From assembly GCF_053078305.1 (NCBI RefSeq), contig NZ_CP166879.1: DNA of 64,000 nucleotides. One strand, written 5' to 3'. This document shows, one piece after another, positions 22,031 through 32,998 of this stretch. The position numbers were made by a program, and so were the translations under genes. The notes below the pieces were generated by a model, which saw nothing but the letters and a program-made list of their open reading frames with translations, did not search any database and was not told the origin of the DNA. Each line of letters starts with the position of its first letter. Within the stretch, counting starts at the first letter, position 1.

Positions 22031-22528
22031 TTACCCCTGTGTCTCTTCCCAGTCTGCCAGCGTATATAGCGTTGCCCCAGCAGCTGACATCTCCATAAAC
22101 GCGTGCGCACTGTCCTGTGGCTGGATATTCACGCCACGACAACCATCGGTAATCACGTTTACCTTATAACCTAACTGTAACGCGTCCAGCACGGTAAACT
22201 TCACGCAATAGTCAGTAGCCAGGCCCATAACGATCAATTCATCGATTTCATGATCGCGTAACCAGTCATCGAGAGAGGTTTTCTGCCGACGGCCGTTATC
22301 AAAAAAGGCACTGTAACTGTCAACTAAAGGATTTTCGCCTTTATGGAACACCGCTGCGATCGCTTTTTGGTGCAGTAACGGATGTAATACCGCTTCACCG
22401 CGCGACTGGCACCAGTCAATCAGGCGGTTAGCGACATCCACCGTACTGTCACCTTCCGGCACGGCGAGCGCGCCACCAGCACAGAAATCATTTTGTAAAT
22501 CGACCAGTAACAGGGCGCGAGGGGGCAT
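22031..22528 (-). CDS. pncA: Nicotinamidase/pyrazinamidase PncA, shortened allele of 165 codons that lacks the central metal-binding loop
   Basis: Starts MPPRALLLVDLQNDFCAGG... and is preceded by an AGGAGA Shine-Dalgarno. The ORF jumps from ...QSRGEAV directly to LHPLLHQKAIAAVFHKG..., so the roughly 48-residue segment of the remembered 213-aa PncA is absent. See findings. Confidence 0.85.
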   Translation of the reverse strand: MPPRALLLVDLQNDFCAGGALAVPEGDSTVDVANRLIDWCQSRGEAVLHPLLHQKAIAAVFHKGENPLVDSYSAFFDNGRRQKTSLDDWLRDHEIDELIVMGLATDYCVKFTVLDALQLGYKVNVITDGCRGVNIQPQDSAHAFMEMSAAGATLYTLADWEETQG

Positions 22529-22538
22529 TGCAGTCTCC

Positions 22539-23555
22539 TTAATCATCCGGCGTCAGTTCGCCGCGCAGGTTTTGGCTCATGGCCTTGCGAATGGTTTCAG
22601 TATCCAGTTCCTGGCTAAGCAGGTAATGCAGTTTGGTTAGCGTGGCTTCTACAGTCATATCTGCACCGCCAATAACGCCAGCATGGGCGAGGGCGTTACC
22701 GGTGGCATAACCACCCATATTCACTTTACCGGACATACATTGTGTCAGGTTGACCACCACAATACCGCGATCGCTGGCTTCTTGTAATTCCTGCAGGAAG
22801 GCTTTGTTTTGTGGCGCATTACCCACGCCATATGAGCGCAGAATCAATGCTTTCACCGGTTGGCGCAGAAAATTGCGCACGACGTCAGCAGAAATCCCTG
22901 GATAAATCGTCACTACGCCAATTGGTTGTGGGGTGATTGGATGAACGATTAATTCCCCTTCACCGTGCGGGGCGGGTGGCGTATTCAAACGACGAATATG
23001 GATACCTGCTTCCAGTAACGGAGGAAGGTTTGGAGAGGCAAACGCATCAAAACCATCGGCATGGGCTTTGGTAGTGCGGTTGCCGCGATACAATCGGTTA
23101 TTGAAAAAGAGCGTTACTTCGTTGATCGGATAATTCGCCGCAACGTACAACGCATTCAGGAGATTAATTTGTCCGTCAGAGCGTAACTCAGCTAGCGGGA
23201 TTTGTGACCCTGTCACAATGACCGGTTTACCGAGATTTTCGAGCATGAACGACAGCGCAGAGGCGGTATACGCCATCGTGTCGGTGCCGTGCAGAATGAC
23301 AAAACCATCATAGTCGTCATAGTGCGCTTTAATATCTTCAGCAATATGCTGCCAGTCTTCCGGCGTCATATCTGAAGAATCCATCAGCGGCGTATATTCA
23401 TGAATGGTGAAATCTGGCATCTCCGGGCGATGGAATTCCGGCATCAGCGCCAGTTGGCGTTGTAGATGACCTGACACCGGAATATAACCCTGCTCGGAAC
23501 GCTGCATCCCGATGGTCCCGCCCGTGTAGGCAACGTAAATTGATTTCTTTTGCAT
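22539..23555 (-). CDS. ansA: Cytoplasmic L-asparaginase I (338 aa)
   Basis: Start at the internal ATG at 23555 (MQKKSIYVAYTGGTIGM...). Confidence 0.95.
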   Translation of the reverse strand: MQKKSIYVAYTGGTIGMQRSEQGYIPVSGHLQRQLALMPEFHRPEMPDFTIHEYTPLMDSSDMTPEDWQHIAEDIKAHYDDYDGFVILHGTDTMAYTASALSFMLENLGKPVIVTGSQIPLAELRSDGQINLLNALYVAANYPINEVTLFFNNRLYRGNRTTKAHADGFDAFASPNLPPLLEAGIHIRRLNTPPAPHGEGELIVHPITPQPIGVVTIYPGISADVVRNFLRQPVKALILRSYGVGNAPQNKAFLQELQEASDRGIVVVNLTQCMSGKVNMGGYATGNALAHAGVIGGADMTVEATLTKLHYLLSQELDTETIRKAMSQNLRGELTPDD

Positions 23556-23708
23556 GATATTGATATGAATGATATCGAAAGAGCAAAAGTATATACGTGA
23601 GGCAGGGGGAGCGCACCTGATACTATGCGGATAAGGAAATATGGGGCGAGACAGCGGGAAGAGGATTAAAAATATGGCCGACGATCTGTCGGCCACTCAG
23701 TACAAGAC

Positions 23709-25565
23709 TTAACGCACGTTGGCGCAGGTCAGGCAAAACGCATAACGGTTTTGTGGGTCGTTAAACGCGGCCAGCTTGTCACTTTCACTTTTAACGATAG
23801 AGGCTACCGAGGCAAGCGGTGCAGGTAACATGGCCTGGAACGCATCTGGCAACATTGCCCGGACAGAACCAGACATGTTGTCCATCACTTTGTCGAAGAA
23901 GGTCGGTTCATCAACGTAATATTCCAGATGCCACTGTTTCACTTTTGCCAGCTCTGCTGCTTTGGCGACCGCATCATCGAAATCCCCGAGACTATCGACC
24001 AGCCCATTAGCTTTTGCATCCTGACCGGTCCAGACGTGGCCCTGGGCGATTTTATCAATCTGCTCCGGCGTCGAATGACGCGCATCAGCAACCAGCGTGA
24101 TAAAGCGTTTATAGCCATTCTCAATGCTTAACTGCATCATCTGCTGCGCTTCCGGCGGCAGTGCCCTGGTGATAGAAACATCTGCCAGCGGTGAAGTTGA
24201 GACACCATCAGTATGAACACCAATCGAATCCAGACTATTTTCTACGGTGGTGATCACGCCGAAGATACCGATAGAACCGGTCAGGGTGCTGGGGTTAGCC
24301 ACAATGTAATTAGCTGGCGTAGAAATCCAGTAACCACCAGATGCCGCCATGCCGCCCATCGATACAACCACAGGCTTACCCGCTGCCCGGGCTGCTGCCA
24401 GTTCAGCGCGAATCACTTCAGACGCGGTAACGCTGCCGCCTGGGCTATTAACACGCAGGACAATCGCTTTCACTTTCGGGTCAAGGCGAGCGTCGCGGAT
24501 TTGTGCCGCAGTGGTATCACCGCCAACATTCCCCTGAGTTTCCTCGCCATCCATAATTGCGCCATTAGCGAAGACGACACCGATGCTGTCACCGGTATCT
24601 GCCGGCGTTTTCAATGCGTAATCGTAATAACTGATGGCGCGATAATTTTTATCAGTCTTACTCCAGCCGAACTCTTTGGTCAGTGCTTTTTCGATTTCCG
24701 CACTCGATGCCAGTGCATCGACCAGCTTGTTTTCCAGTGCATATTTCGCGGTATCGCCACCGGTTTTGGTTAAACCCTCAAGCAACCCTTGCGCGCCAGG
24801 GAATACCTGCTGAGCAGGGATCTGCCGGTTAGCGGCAACAGTATTCAGATAGTTTTGCCACAGCTCACCAATCCAGCGGCTGTCAGCTTCGCGGGCTGCC
24901 GGTGACATGTCATCACGAATAAACGGTTCAACGGCAGATTTATACGTACCCACGCGGAACACATGGGTGGAAACTTTCAGCTTATCCAGCAACGATTTGT
25001 AGTACAGACCGTTGGTAGCAAAACCGTGCAAATCCACCACGCCTTGCGGTGACAGCCAAATTTTATTGGCGAAACTGGCGAGATAATATTGCCCCTGGCT
25101 GTAGTTCTCGCCAACGGCATAAACCGGTTTCCCGCTGTCACGAAACTCTTTCAGGGCTTTGCCGATGTACTGCATAGACGGCTGGTCGCCGCCTGCGAAG
25201 TTTTTCAGATCCATCACGATACCGGTGATATTGCGGTCGTCCTTCGCCTGGCGAATGGTGTTGACGATATCAAACAGTGAGTTTTCCTGCAGACGATCGG
25301 AACTGGCACCAAGTAGTTGGCGGCTTAATTTACTAAACCGCTGAGAACTGTCGGGTTTATCGACGATTACACCAGAAATGTCCAGCAGCAGTGCACCACG
25401 ACTGGCCGTTTCTTTCGAATCACCACCACTGACCTGCATCCAGATCCCCACACCAACCAGCACGAGAAAAATAAAGAACAGGTTAAGTACCATTTCACGG
25501 ACGAAATTCAGCAGACGCCACGTCCATTTAAAAAATCCGGCAATAAATCGCCAAAGGGTTCGCAT
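23709..25565 (-). CDS. sppA: Signal peptide peptidase A / protease IV (618 aa)
   Basis: Start at the internal ATG at 25565 ([14 protein letters not shown]...). Confidence 0.95.
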   Translation of the reverse strand: MRTLWRFIAGFFKWTWRLLNFVREMVLNLFFIFLVLVGVGIWMQVSGGDSKETASRGALLLDISGVIVDKPDSSQRFSKLSRQLLGASSDRLQENSLFDIVNTIRQAKDDRNITGIVMDLKNFAGGDQPSMQYIGKALKEFRDSGKPVYAVGENYSQGQYYLASFANKIWLSPQGVVDLHGFATNGLYYKSLLDKLKVSTHVFRVGTYKSAVEPFIRDDMSPAAREADSRWIGELWQNYLNTVAANRQIPAQQVFPGAQGLLEGLTKTGGDTAKYALENKLVDALASSAEIEKALTKEFGWSKTDKNYRAISYYDYALKTPADTGDSIGVVFANGAIMDGEETQGNVGGDTTAAQIRDARLDPKVKAIVLRVNSPGGSVTASEVIRAELAAARAAGKPVVVSMGGMAASGGYWISTPANYIVANPSTLTGSIGIFGVITTVENSLDSIGVHTDGVSTSPLADVSITRALPPEAQQMMQLSIENGYKRFITLVADARHSTPEQIDKIAQGHVWTGQDAKANGLVDSLGDFDDAVAKAAELAKVKQWHLEYYVDEPTFFDKVMDNMSGSVRAMLPDAFQAMLPAPLASVASIVKSESDKLAAFNDPQNRYAFCLTCANVR

Positions 25566-25725
25566 GTATTCTCCCAACTTAAGGTCACACCTGTCACAGG
25601 CGCAATAGATGTGGTTATCGTAATGACCCAACCGACACTTGTCAGCAGGAATTGCGGACTGTGCTGTAACAAAATCCACTCTCGTGTTAATTTTGTGAAT
25701 AAATATCATGACAGGAGTTAATCAA

Positions 25726-26277
25726 ATGGATGCACTCGAACTATTGATCAATCGCCGTAGCGCCTCCCGCCTGGCTGAACCCGCGCCAACGGGTGAACAA
25801 CTGCAAAACATCCTGCGTGCGGGTATGCGTGCGCCGGACCATAAGTCCATGCAACCGTGGCATTTTTTTGTGATTGAAGGGGAAGGGCGCGAGCGTTTCA
25901 GCGCCGTACTGGAGCAGGGGGCGATTGCTGCCGGTAGTGATGACAAAGCCATCGACAAAGCGCGTAATGCGCCGTTCCGCGCACCGCTCATCATCACGGT
26001 GGTGGCGAAATGCGAAGAAAATCATAAAGTCCCGCGCTGGGAACAGGAAATGTCTGCCGGATGCGCGGTCATGGCGATGCAAATGGCAGCCGTTGCCCAG
26101 GGTTTTGGCGGCATCTGGCGCAGTGGCGCATTAACTGAAAGCCCGGTAGTGCGTGAAGCATTCGGTTGCCGTGAGCAGGATAAAATTGTCGGTTTTCTCT
26201 ACCTCGGTACGCCGCAGTTGAAAGCATCTACGTCGATAAACGTCCCGGACCCGACGCCGTTTGTGACTTATTTCTGA
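25726..26277 (+). CDS. ydjA: Nitroreductase-family protein YdjA (183 aa)
   Basis: ATG at 25726 preceded by an ACAGGAG Shine-Dalgarno; [15 protein letters not shown]... Confidence 0.9.
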   Translation: MDALELLINRRSASRLAEPAPTGEQLQNILRAGMRAPDHKSMQPWHFFVIEGEGRERFSAVLEQGAIAAGSDDKAIDKARNAPFRAPLIITVVAKCEENHKVPRWEQEMSAGCAVMAMQMAAVAQGFGGIWRSGALTESPVVREAFGCREQDKIVGFLYLGTPQLKASTSINVPDPTPFVTYF

Positions 26278-26393
26278 TAATTGTCGCGAAACTGTCTGGA
26301 TTGTGAGCAAAGGCGCAGGAATTCAGACACTCTCACTTATCACTTCACGGAATGAGGGTTACCATACCCGGATTGCATTGACAGGAGATGTCC

Positions 26394-27437
26394 ATGAGCG
26401 AGAACTCGATTCGTTTGACCCAATACAGCCACGGAGCTGGTTGCGGCTGTAAAATTTCCCCAAAAGTGTTGGAAACCATCCTGCACAGTGAGCAGGCGAA
26501 GTTTGTTGATCCGAATTTGCTTGTGGGTAATGAAACCCGCGACGATGCGGCGGTGTACGATCTGGGCAATGGCACCAGCGTTATCAGTACCACCGACTTC
26601 TTTATGCCGATCGTTGATAATCCTTTCGATTTTGGCCGCATTGCGGCGACTAACGCCATCAGCGATATCTTCGCGATGGGGGGCAAACCGATTATGGCGA
26701 TTGCGATCCTCGGCTGGCCGATTAACAAACTTTCCCCAGAAATTGCCCGCGAAGTAACCGAAGGTGGACGCTATGCATGCCGTCAGGCGGGTATTGCGCT
26801 GGCTGGCGGTCACTCCATCGATGCGCCGGAGCCGATTTTTGGTCTGGCGGTAACGGGGATCGTACCGACCGAGCGGGTGAAGAAAAACAGTACCGCACAA
26901 GCCGGATGCAAACTGTTCCTGACGAAACCGCTGGGGATCGGCGTTCTTACCACGGCTGAGAAAAAATCACTGTTGAAACCAGAACATCAGGGACTGGCGA
27001 CGGAAGTGATGTGCCGGATGAACATCGCAGGTGCGTCCTTTGCCAACATCGAAGGCGTAAAAGCGATGACCGACGTTACTGGTTTTGGTCTGCTGGGCCA
27101 TTTGAGCGAAATGTGTCAGGGCGCAGGTGTGCAGGCGCGCGTTGACTATGACGCGATCCCGAAATTGCCGGGGGTTGAAGAGTACATTAAGTTGGGCGCA
27201 GTGCCTGGCGGCACCGAACGTAACTTTGCCAGCTACGGTCATCTGATGGGTGAAATGCCGCGTGAAGTGCGCGATTTGCTGTGCGATCCGCAAACTTCTG
27301 GCGGTTTGCTGCTGGCGGTCATGCCGGGAGCAGAAAATGAGGTTAAAACTACAGCCGCCGAGTTTGGCATTGAACTGACGGCGATTGGCGAACTGGTGCC
27401 AGCGCGCGGCGGTCGTGCCATGGTTGAGATCCGTTAA
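26394..27437 (+). CDS. selD: Selenide, water dikinase / selenophosphate synthetase (347 aa)
   Basis: [25 protein letters not shown]...; a Cys codon at the active-site position, with no in-frame TGA. Confidence 0.95.
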   Translation: MSENSIRLTQYSHGAGCGCKISPKVLETILHSEQAKFVDPNLLVGNETRDDAAVYDLGNGTSVISTTDFFMPIVDNPFDFGRIAATNAISDIFAMGGKPIMAIAILGWPINKLSPEIAREVTEGGRYACRQAGIALAGGHSIDAPEPIFGLAVTGIVPTERVKKNSTAQAGCKLFLTKPLGIGVLTTAEKKSLLKPEHQGLATEVMCRMNIAGASFANIEGVKAMTDVTGFGLLGHLSEMCQGAGVQARVDYDAIPKLPGVEEYIKLGAVPGGTERNFASYGHLMGEMPREVRDLLCDPQTSGGLLLAVMPGAENEVKTTAAEFGIELTAIGELVPARGGRAMVEIR

Positions 27438-27441
27438 TTCA

Positions 27442-29403
27442 ATGCGGTTGTTTATTGCCGAAAAACCGAGTCTGGCGCGCGCCATTGCGGATGTCCTGCC
27501 CAAACCGCACCGTAAAGGCGATGGCTTTATCGAGTGCGGTAATGGTCAGGTGGTGACCTGGTGTATCGGTCACCTGCTTGAGCAGGCGCAGCCAGACGCC
27601 TACGACAGCCGCTATGCGCGCTGGAATCTTGCGGATTTGCCGATTGTCCCGGAAAAGTGGCAATTACAGCCCCGACCCTCCGTGACCAAACAACTTAACG
27701 TCATCAAACGGTACCTGCATGAAGCCAGCGAAATCGTTCACGCCGGGGACCCGGATCGCGAAGGGCAACTGCTGGTGGATGAAGTGCTGGACTATCTACA
27801 ACTGGCACCGGAAAAGCGCCAGCAGGTGCAGCGTTGCTTGATAAACGACCTGAACCCGCAGGCGGTTGAGCGGGCGATCGACCGTCTTCGTTCCAACAGT
27901 GAGTTTGTACCGCTGTGCGTTTCTGCGCTGGCGCGAGCGCGTGCCGACTGGCTATACGGCATCAACATGACCCGTGCGTATACCATTCTCGGTCGCAATG
28001 CCGGTTATCAGGGCGTACTTTCCGTGGGACGCGTGCAGACACCCGTGCTCGGGCTGGTGGTGCGCCGCGATGAAGAGATTGAAAACTTCGTGGCGAAAGA
28101 CTTCTTTGAAGTCAAAGCGCATATCGTGACACCTGCCGATGAGCGGTTTACCGCTATCTGGCAACCGAGCGAAGCGTGTGAACCGTACCAGGATGAAGAA
28201 GGGCGCTTGTTACATCGTCCACTGGCGGAGCATGTGGTTAACCGCATTAGTGGTCAACCGGCTATAGTCACTAGCTATAACGATAAACGGGAATCAGAAT
28301 CCGCGCCGCTGCCTTTTTCGCTTTCGGCGTTGCAGATTGAAGCGGCAAAACGTTTTGCTCTGAGTGCGCAGAACGTGCTTGATATCTGCCAGAAGCTGTA
28401 CGAAACACACAAGCTAATCACTTATCCGCGTTCCGATTGTCGCTATTTGCCAGAAGAACATTTTGCCGGACGCCACGCGGTGATGAATGCCATCAGCGTT
28501 CATGCACCAGATCTGTTGCCGCAGCCAGTGGTAGATCCAGATATACGCAACCGCTGTTGGGATGACAAAAAGGTCGATGCGCACCACGCCATCATCCCGA
28601 CCGCACGGAGTTCTGCGATCAACCTGACGGAGAACGAAGCGAAGGTCTATAACCTTATTGCCCGTCAGTACTTGATGCAGTTCTGCCCGGATGCGGTGTT
28701 CCGCAAGTGTGTTATCGAACTGGACATTGCCAAAGGCAAATTTGTCGCTAAAGCGCGTTTTCTTGCTGAAGCAGGTTGGCGCGCGCTGTTAGGCAGCAAA
28801 GAGCGCGATGAAGAAAACGACGGCACGCCACTGCCTGTGGTGGCGAAAGGCGATGAGTTGCTGTGTGAAAAAGGTGAAGTGGTAGAGCGGCAAACCCAGC
28901 CGCCTCGCCATTTTACCGATGCAACACTGCTTTCGGCGATGACCGGGATCGCGCGCTTTGTGCAGGACAAAGATCTGAAAAAGATCCTTCGTGCGACCGA
29001 TGGTCTGGGGACAGAAGCAACGCGTGCCGGGATTATTGAACTGTTGTTCAAGCGTGGTTTCCTCACCAAAAAAGGGCGCTATATCCACTCCACCGACGCC
29101 GGAAAAGCGTTATTCCATTCGCTGCCAGAAATGGCTACGCGACCGGACATGACCGCGCACTGGGAATCGGTGCTGACGCAAATCAGCGAAAAGCAGTGTC
29201 GCTATCAGGACTTTATGCAGCCGCTGGTGGGGACGCTATATCAGCTTATTGATCAAGCCAAACGTACTCCGGTGCGGCAGTTTCGCGGCATTGTGGCTCC
29301 GGGCAGTGGTGGCAGTGCTGATAAGAAAAAGGCTGCACCGCGTAAACGTAGTGCGAAAAAAAGTCCGCCAGCAGATGAAGCCGGAAGCGGGGCGATAGCG
29401 TAA
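27442..29403 (+). CDS. topB: DNA topoisomerase III (653 aa)
   Basis: Start at the ATG at 27442 ([19 protein letters not shown]...), 4 nt after the selD stop. Confidence 0.95.
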   Translation: MRLFIAEKPSLARAIADVLPKPHRKGDGFIECGNGQVVTWCIGHLLEQAQPDAYDSRYARWNLADLPIVPEKWQLQPRPSVTKQLNVIKRYLHEASEIVHAGDPDREGQLLVDEVLDYLQLAPEKRQQVQRCLINDLNPQAVERAIDRLRSNSEFVPLCVSALARARADWLYGINMTRAYTILGRNAGYQGVLSVGRVQTPVLGLVVRRDEEIENFVAKDFFEVKAHIVTPADERFTAIWQPSEACEPYQDEEGRLLHRPLAEHVVNRISGQPAIVTSYNDKRESESAPLPFSLSALQIEAAKRFALSAQNVLDICQKLYETHKLITYPRSDCRYLPEEHFAGRHAVMNAISVHAPDLLPQPVVDPDIRNRCWDDKKVDAHHAIIPTARSSAINLTENEAKVYNLIARQYLMQFCPDAVFRKCVIELDIAKGKFVAKARFLAEAGWRALLGSKERDEENDGTPLPVVAKGDELLCEKGEVVERQTQPPRHFTDATLLSAMTGIARFVQDKDLKKILRATDGLGTEATRAGIIELLFKRGFLTKKGRYIHSTDAGKALFHSLPEMATRPDMTAHWESVLTQISEKQCRYQDFMQPLVGTLYQLIDQAKRTPVRQFRGIVAPGSGGSADKKKAAPRKRSAKKSPPADEAGSGAIA

Positions 29404-29530
29404 GCGAGCGAATCTTTCGTGCTATTCGAGTCATATTCTGAAATATCCAGCGGATCAAGAAAATTCGTTGGATATTTTTTTTGCATGGATAAAATTATCG
29501 CCTCTAAAGTATGTAATAACAGGGAATGTG

Positions 29531-30571
29531 ATGAAAAAAGTTTTATTACAAAACCATCCTGGGAGCGAGAAGTATTCTTTTAATGGCTGGGAAATATTTA
29601 ATAGTAATTTTGAACGGATGATTAAAGAAAATAAGACCATGCTGCTTTGTAAGTGGGGGTTTTATTTAACATGTGTTGTCGCTGTAATGTTTGTATTCGC
29701 AGCGATAACATCCAACGGTTTGAATGAAAGAGGCCTGATTACCGCGGGATGCTCTTTTCTTTATCTATTAATTATGATGGGGCTTATTGTTCGGGCCGGT
29801 TTTAAAGCAAAAAAAGAACAGCTGCATTATTATCAGGCTAAAGGTATTGAGCCGCTCAGTATCGAGAAATTACAGGCGCTACAATTGATCGCACCTTATC
29901 GATTCTATCATAAGCAATGGTCTGAAACGCTGGAGTTCTGGCCGCGAAAGCCTGAACCTGGCAAAGATACCTTCCAATATCATGTGCTTCCTTTTGACTC
30001 GATCGATATCATAAGTAAAAGACGCGAGTCTTTAGAGGATCAATGGGGTATCGAAGATAGCGAAAGTTATTGTGCCTTAATGGAGCATTTTCTTTCTGGC
30101 GACCATGGAGCCAATACCTTTAAAGCAAACATGGAGGAAGCCCCAGAGCAGGTTATCGCCTTGTTGAATAAATTTGCTGTTTTTCCCTCAGACTATATCT
30201 CTGATTGCGCTAATAATCGCTCCGGTAAATCCTCGGCGAAGCTAATATGGGCGGCGGAATTATCATGGATGATCTCGATATCAAGCACAGCTTTTCAAAA
30301 CGGGACAATTGAAGAAGAACTGGCCTGGCATTATATAATGCTTGCTTCTCGAAAGGCGCACGAGTTGTTCGAAAGCGAAGAAGATGATCAAAAAAATAGT
30401 CTAATGGGATTTCTTTACTGGCATATCTGCTGCTATCGCAGAAAGTTAACGGATGCTGAACTTGAAGCGTGTTATCATTACGATAAGCAGTTTTGGGAGC
30501 ACTACAGTAAGAAATGCCGTTGGCCCATAAGAAATGTTCCCTGGGGAGCATCATCTGTTAAATACTCATAA
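29531..30571 (+). CDS. ynjI: DUF1266-family inner-membrane protein YnjI (346 aa)
   Basis: ATG at 29531 (MKKVLLQNHP...); visibly AT-rich coding sequence. Confidence 0.8.
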   Translation: MKKVLLQNHPGSEKYSFNGWEIFNSNFERMIKENKTMLLCKWGFYLTCVVAVMFVFAAITSNGLNERGLITAGCSFLYLLIMMGLIVRAGFKAKKEQLHYYQAKGIEPLSIEKLQALQLIAPYRFYHKQWSETLEFWPRKPEPGKDTFQYHVLPFDSIDIISKRRESLEDQWGIEDSESYCALMEHFLSGDHGANTFKANMEEAPEQVIALLNKFAVFPSDYISDCANNRSGKSSAKLIWAAELSWMISISSTAFQNGTIEEELAWHYIMLASRKAHELFESEEDDQKNSLMGFLYWHICCYRRKLTDAELEACYHYDKQFWEHYSKKCRWPIRNVPWGASSVKYS

Positions 30572-30585
30572 ACGCCTGAAATTTT

Positions 30586-30679
30586 GCCGGGGGCGCTGCG
30601 CTTGCCCGGCCTACATTAGAGCGTAACTGCAATGAATTGTGCCCATTTGTAGGCCTGATAAGCGTAGCGCCATCAGGCA
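30586..30679. repeat. REP/BIME-type palindromic repeats in the ynjI-gdhA intergenic region
   Basis: Two GC-rich imperfect palindromes of REP type: gccgggggcgctgcgcttgcccggcctaca and gtaggcctgataagcgtagcgccatcaggc. Confidence 0.6.
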
Positions 30680-30687
30680 TTTACAAC

Positions 30688-32031
30688 TTAAATCACACCC
30701 TGCGCCAGCATCGCATCGGCAACCTTCACAAAACCGGCAATGTTCGCGCCCTGAACGTAGTTGGTTTGCTCACCTTCACCACCATGCTCAACACAGGCAT
30801 GGTGGATATCCAGCATGATGTGATGCAAACGTGCATCAACTTTCTCGGCTTTCCAGCCCAGGCGCGCAGCGTTTTGTGCCATTTCCAGGCCTGACGTTGC
30901 TACACCGCCAGCATTAGCCGCTTTACCCGGTGCAAACAGTACGCCTGCCTGCTGGAACAGTTCAGTCGCTTCGATGGTGGTCGGCATATTTGCCCCTTCG
31001 GCGACGGCTTTAACGCCATTAGCGATAAGCTGATGCGCGGCGTCAACATCCAGTTCGTTCTGGGTAGCGCAAGGCAGGGCGATATCAACCGGTACAGACC
31101 ACGGCTGTTGGCCTTCGAGATAGACCAGACCAAATTCTTTGGCGTAATCTGCCACTCGACCATCGCGGCTGGCTTTGATTTCGATAAGACGTGCCAGTTT
31201 CTCTTTCGTGAATCCGCTTTCATCAACTACAGTGCCGCTGGAGTCTGACGCAGTGATCACACGAGCACCAAATTCCATCGCTTTTTCGATAGCGTACTGG
31301 GCGACGTTGCCGGAGCCAGAAACGGAAACGCGCATCCCTTCAAAACCCATACCGTGGCGTTTTAGCATTGCTTCTGTGAAATAAACCAGACCGTAGCCGG
31401 TAGCTTCCGGGCGAATAAGACTGCCGCCAAATGAAAGGCCCTTACCGGTGAAGACGCAGGCGGTATTGTTGGAGAGCTTTTTCATCATCCCCGCCATAAA
31501 GCCGACTTCACGACCACCAACCCCGATATCACCTGCCGGAACGTCGGTATCCGCGCCCAGGTGGCGATACAGTTCAGTCATCAGCGCCTGGCAAAAACGC
31601 ATCACTTCACCTTCGCTTTTTCCTTTCGGATCGAAATCGCTGCCGCCTTTACCACCGCCCATCGGCAGAGTAGTCAGGGCATTTTTGAAGGTTTGTTCAA
31701 AGCCGAGGAATTTGAGAATGGAAAGGTTAACTGACGGATGGAAGCGCATACCGCCTTTGTACGGGCCGATGGCAGAGCTGAACTGCACACGCCATGCACG
31801 GTTGACCTGTACCTGATTGCGATCATCAACCCATACCACGCGAAACTGGATCACGCGCTCCGGTTCAACCAGACGCTCCAGTAATGACATCTGGCGATAT
31901 TTTGGATTTTGTTCAAGAAAAGGCCAGAGTGTGGTCATTACTTCACGAACGGCTTGCGCGAACTCGGTTTGATTCGGGTCGCGCTTTTGGACATGGTTGA
32001 GGAATGACTCCAGAGAATATGTCTGATCCAT
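30688..32031 (-). CDS. gdhA: NADP-specific glutamate dehydrogenase (447 aa)
   Basis: MDQTYSLESFLNHVQKRDPNQTEFAQAVREV...; 447 aa. Confidence 0.97.
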   Translation of the reverse strand: MDQTYSLESFLNHVQKRDPNQTEFAQAVREVMTTLWPFLEQNPKYRQMSLLERLVEPERVIQFRVVWVDDRNQVQVNRAWRVQFSSAIGPYKGGMRFHPSVNLSILKFLGFEQTFKNALTTLPMGGGKGGSDFDPKGKSEGEVMRFCQALMTELYRHLGADTDVPAGDIGVGGREVGFMAGMMKKLSNNTACVFTGKGLSFGGSLIRPEATGYGLVYFTEAMLKRHGMGFEGMRVSVSGSGNVAQYAIEKAMEFGARVITASDSSGTVVDESGFTKEKLARLIEIKASRDGRVADYAKEFGLVYLEGQQPWSVPVDIALPCATQNELDVDAAHQLIANGVKAVAEGANMPTTIEATELFQQAGVLFAPGKAANAGGVATSGLEMAQNAARLGWKAEKVDARLHHIMLDIHHACVEHGGEGEQTNYVQGANIAGFVKVADAMLAQGVI

Positions 32032-32266
32032 AGATATAAAACCCTTATATATTAATACGATTGTGCTTATGTTGTTTATGTGATGTGCTTTTGCAGTTTT
32101 CGACTATACCATCAAGAATGTGACGGTAAGCAAGAAAAAAATGACCCAGGAAAGCAAATTAATAACGAGAGTAATCTCATAACCAAATGCGATAACTCAG
32201 ACGCTAAAGTTTTGCCACCCGGCTACCGTTATCAGTAGCAGAGACAATAACGTTAAGGAGTTCCCT

Positions 32267-32539
32267 GTGAGTCGAGCATTGTTCGCCGTAGTATTAGCAT
32301 TTCCATTAATTGCACTGGCTAACCCGCATTATCGTCCGGACGTGGAGGTAAACGTACCGCCAGAAGTGTTCAGTTCAGGCGGGCAGTCAGCGCAGCCCTG
32401 TACTCAGTGCTGCGTTTATCAGGATAAAAATTATTCTGAAGGGGCGGTAATTAAAGCCGAAGGAATACTGCTGCAATGCCAGCGGGATGACAAAACCCTT
32501 AGCACTAATCCGCTGGTCTGGCGGCGCGTAAAGCCATAA
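32267..32539 (+). CDS. ynjH: DUF1496 secreted small protein YnjH (90 aa)
   Basis: 90-aa ORF with a signal peptide (MSRALFAVVLAFPLIALA); its 3' end overlaps nudG. Confidence 0.75.
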   Translation: MSRALFAVVLAFPLIALANPHYRPDVEVNVPPEVFSSGGQSAQPCTQCCVYQDKNYSEGAVIKAEGILLQCQRDDKTLSTNPLVWRRVKP

Positions 32540-32912
32540 ACGCCTCTAATAATGGAATGTCAGCAGGGGCCAGCGGATATTGCTGCGCCTCTTCAGGTGA
32601 GCACCAGACCAGCGCCTGATGTTCATGTGCCTGTAACGTCCCGTGGAAGTCGGGTACGTGCCAGGCATGAAGATGGATAATCCGGCCCGAAACTTCTCGC
32701 TGATGGCTGGCAACATACTCACCCACAGTTGCTTCGATGCCCAGTTCTTCGCGTAACTCACGCACCAGCGCCTGCCGCTGGCTTTCATCCGGCTCGACTT
32801 TACCACCGGCAAACTCCCATAATCCCGCCTGATCGCTCTGGGCGGGGCGTTGCGCGAGTAAAATTTTGCCATCACGTTCAATGATGGCGGCAACAACTTC
32901 AATCATTTTCAT
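32505..32912 (-). CDS. nudG: Nudix hydrolase NudG, CTP/8-oxo-dGTP pyrophosphohydrolase (135 aa)
   Basis: Nudix box GGKVEPDESQRQALVRELREELGIE present. Confidence 0.9.
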   Translation of the reverse strand: MKMIEVVAAIIERDGKILLAQRPAQSDQAGLWEFAGGKVEPDESQRQALVRELREELGIEATVGEYVASHQREVSGRIIHLHAWHVPDFHGTLQAHEHQALVWCSPEEAQQYPLAPADIPLLEAFMALRAARPAD

Positions 32913-32998
32913 AAATTACACACGGGCAGATAAGCGAAAAATGCCATAATATCCGCACTGTTGCTCAATCAGAAAGGCTTTATATTTAAGGAGTGCCT

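Noticed and set aside
26394-27437. Possible selenocysteine or in-frame TGA recoding in selD
   Set aside because: The ORF is uninterrupted and the active-site position is a Cys codon; no TGA or SECIS-like context.
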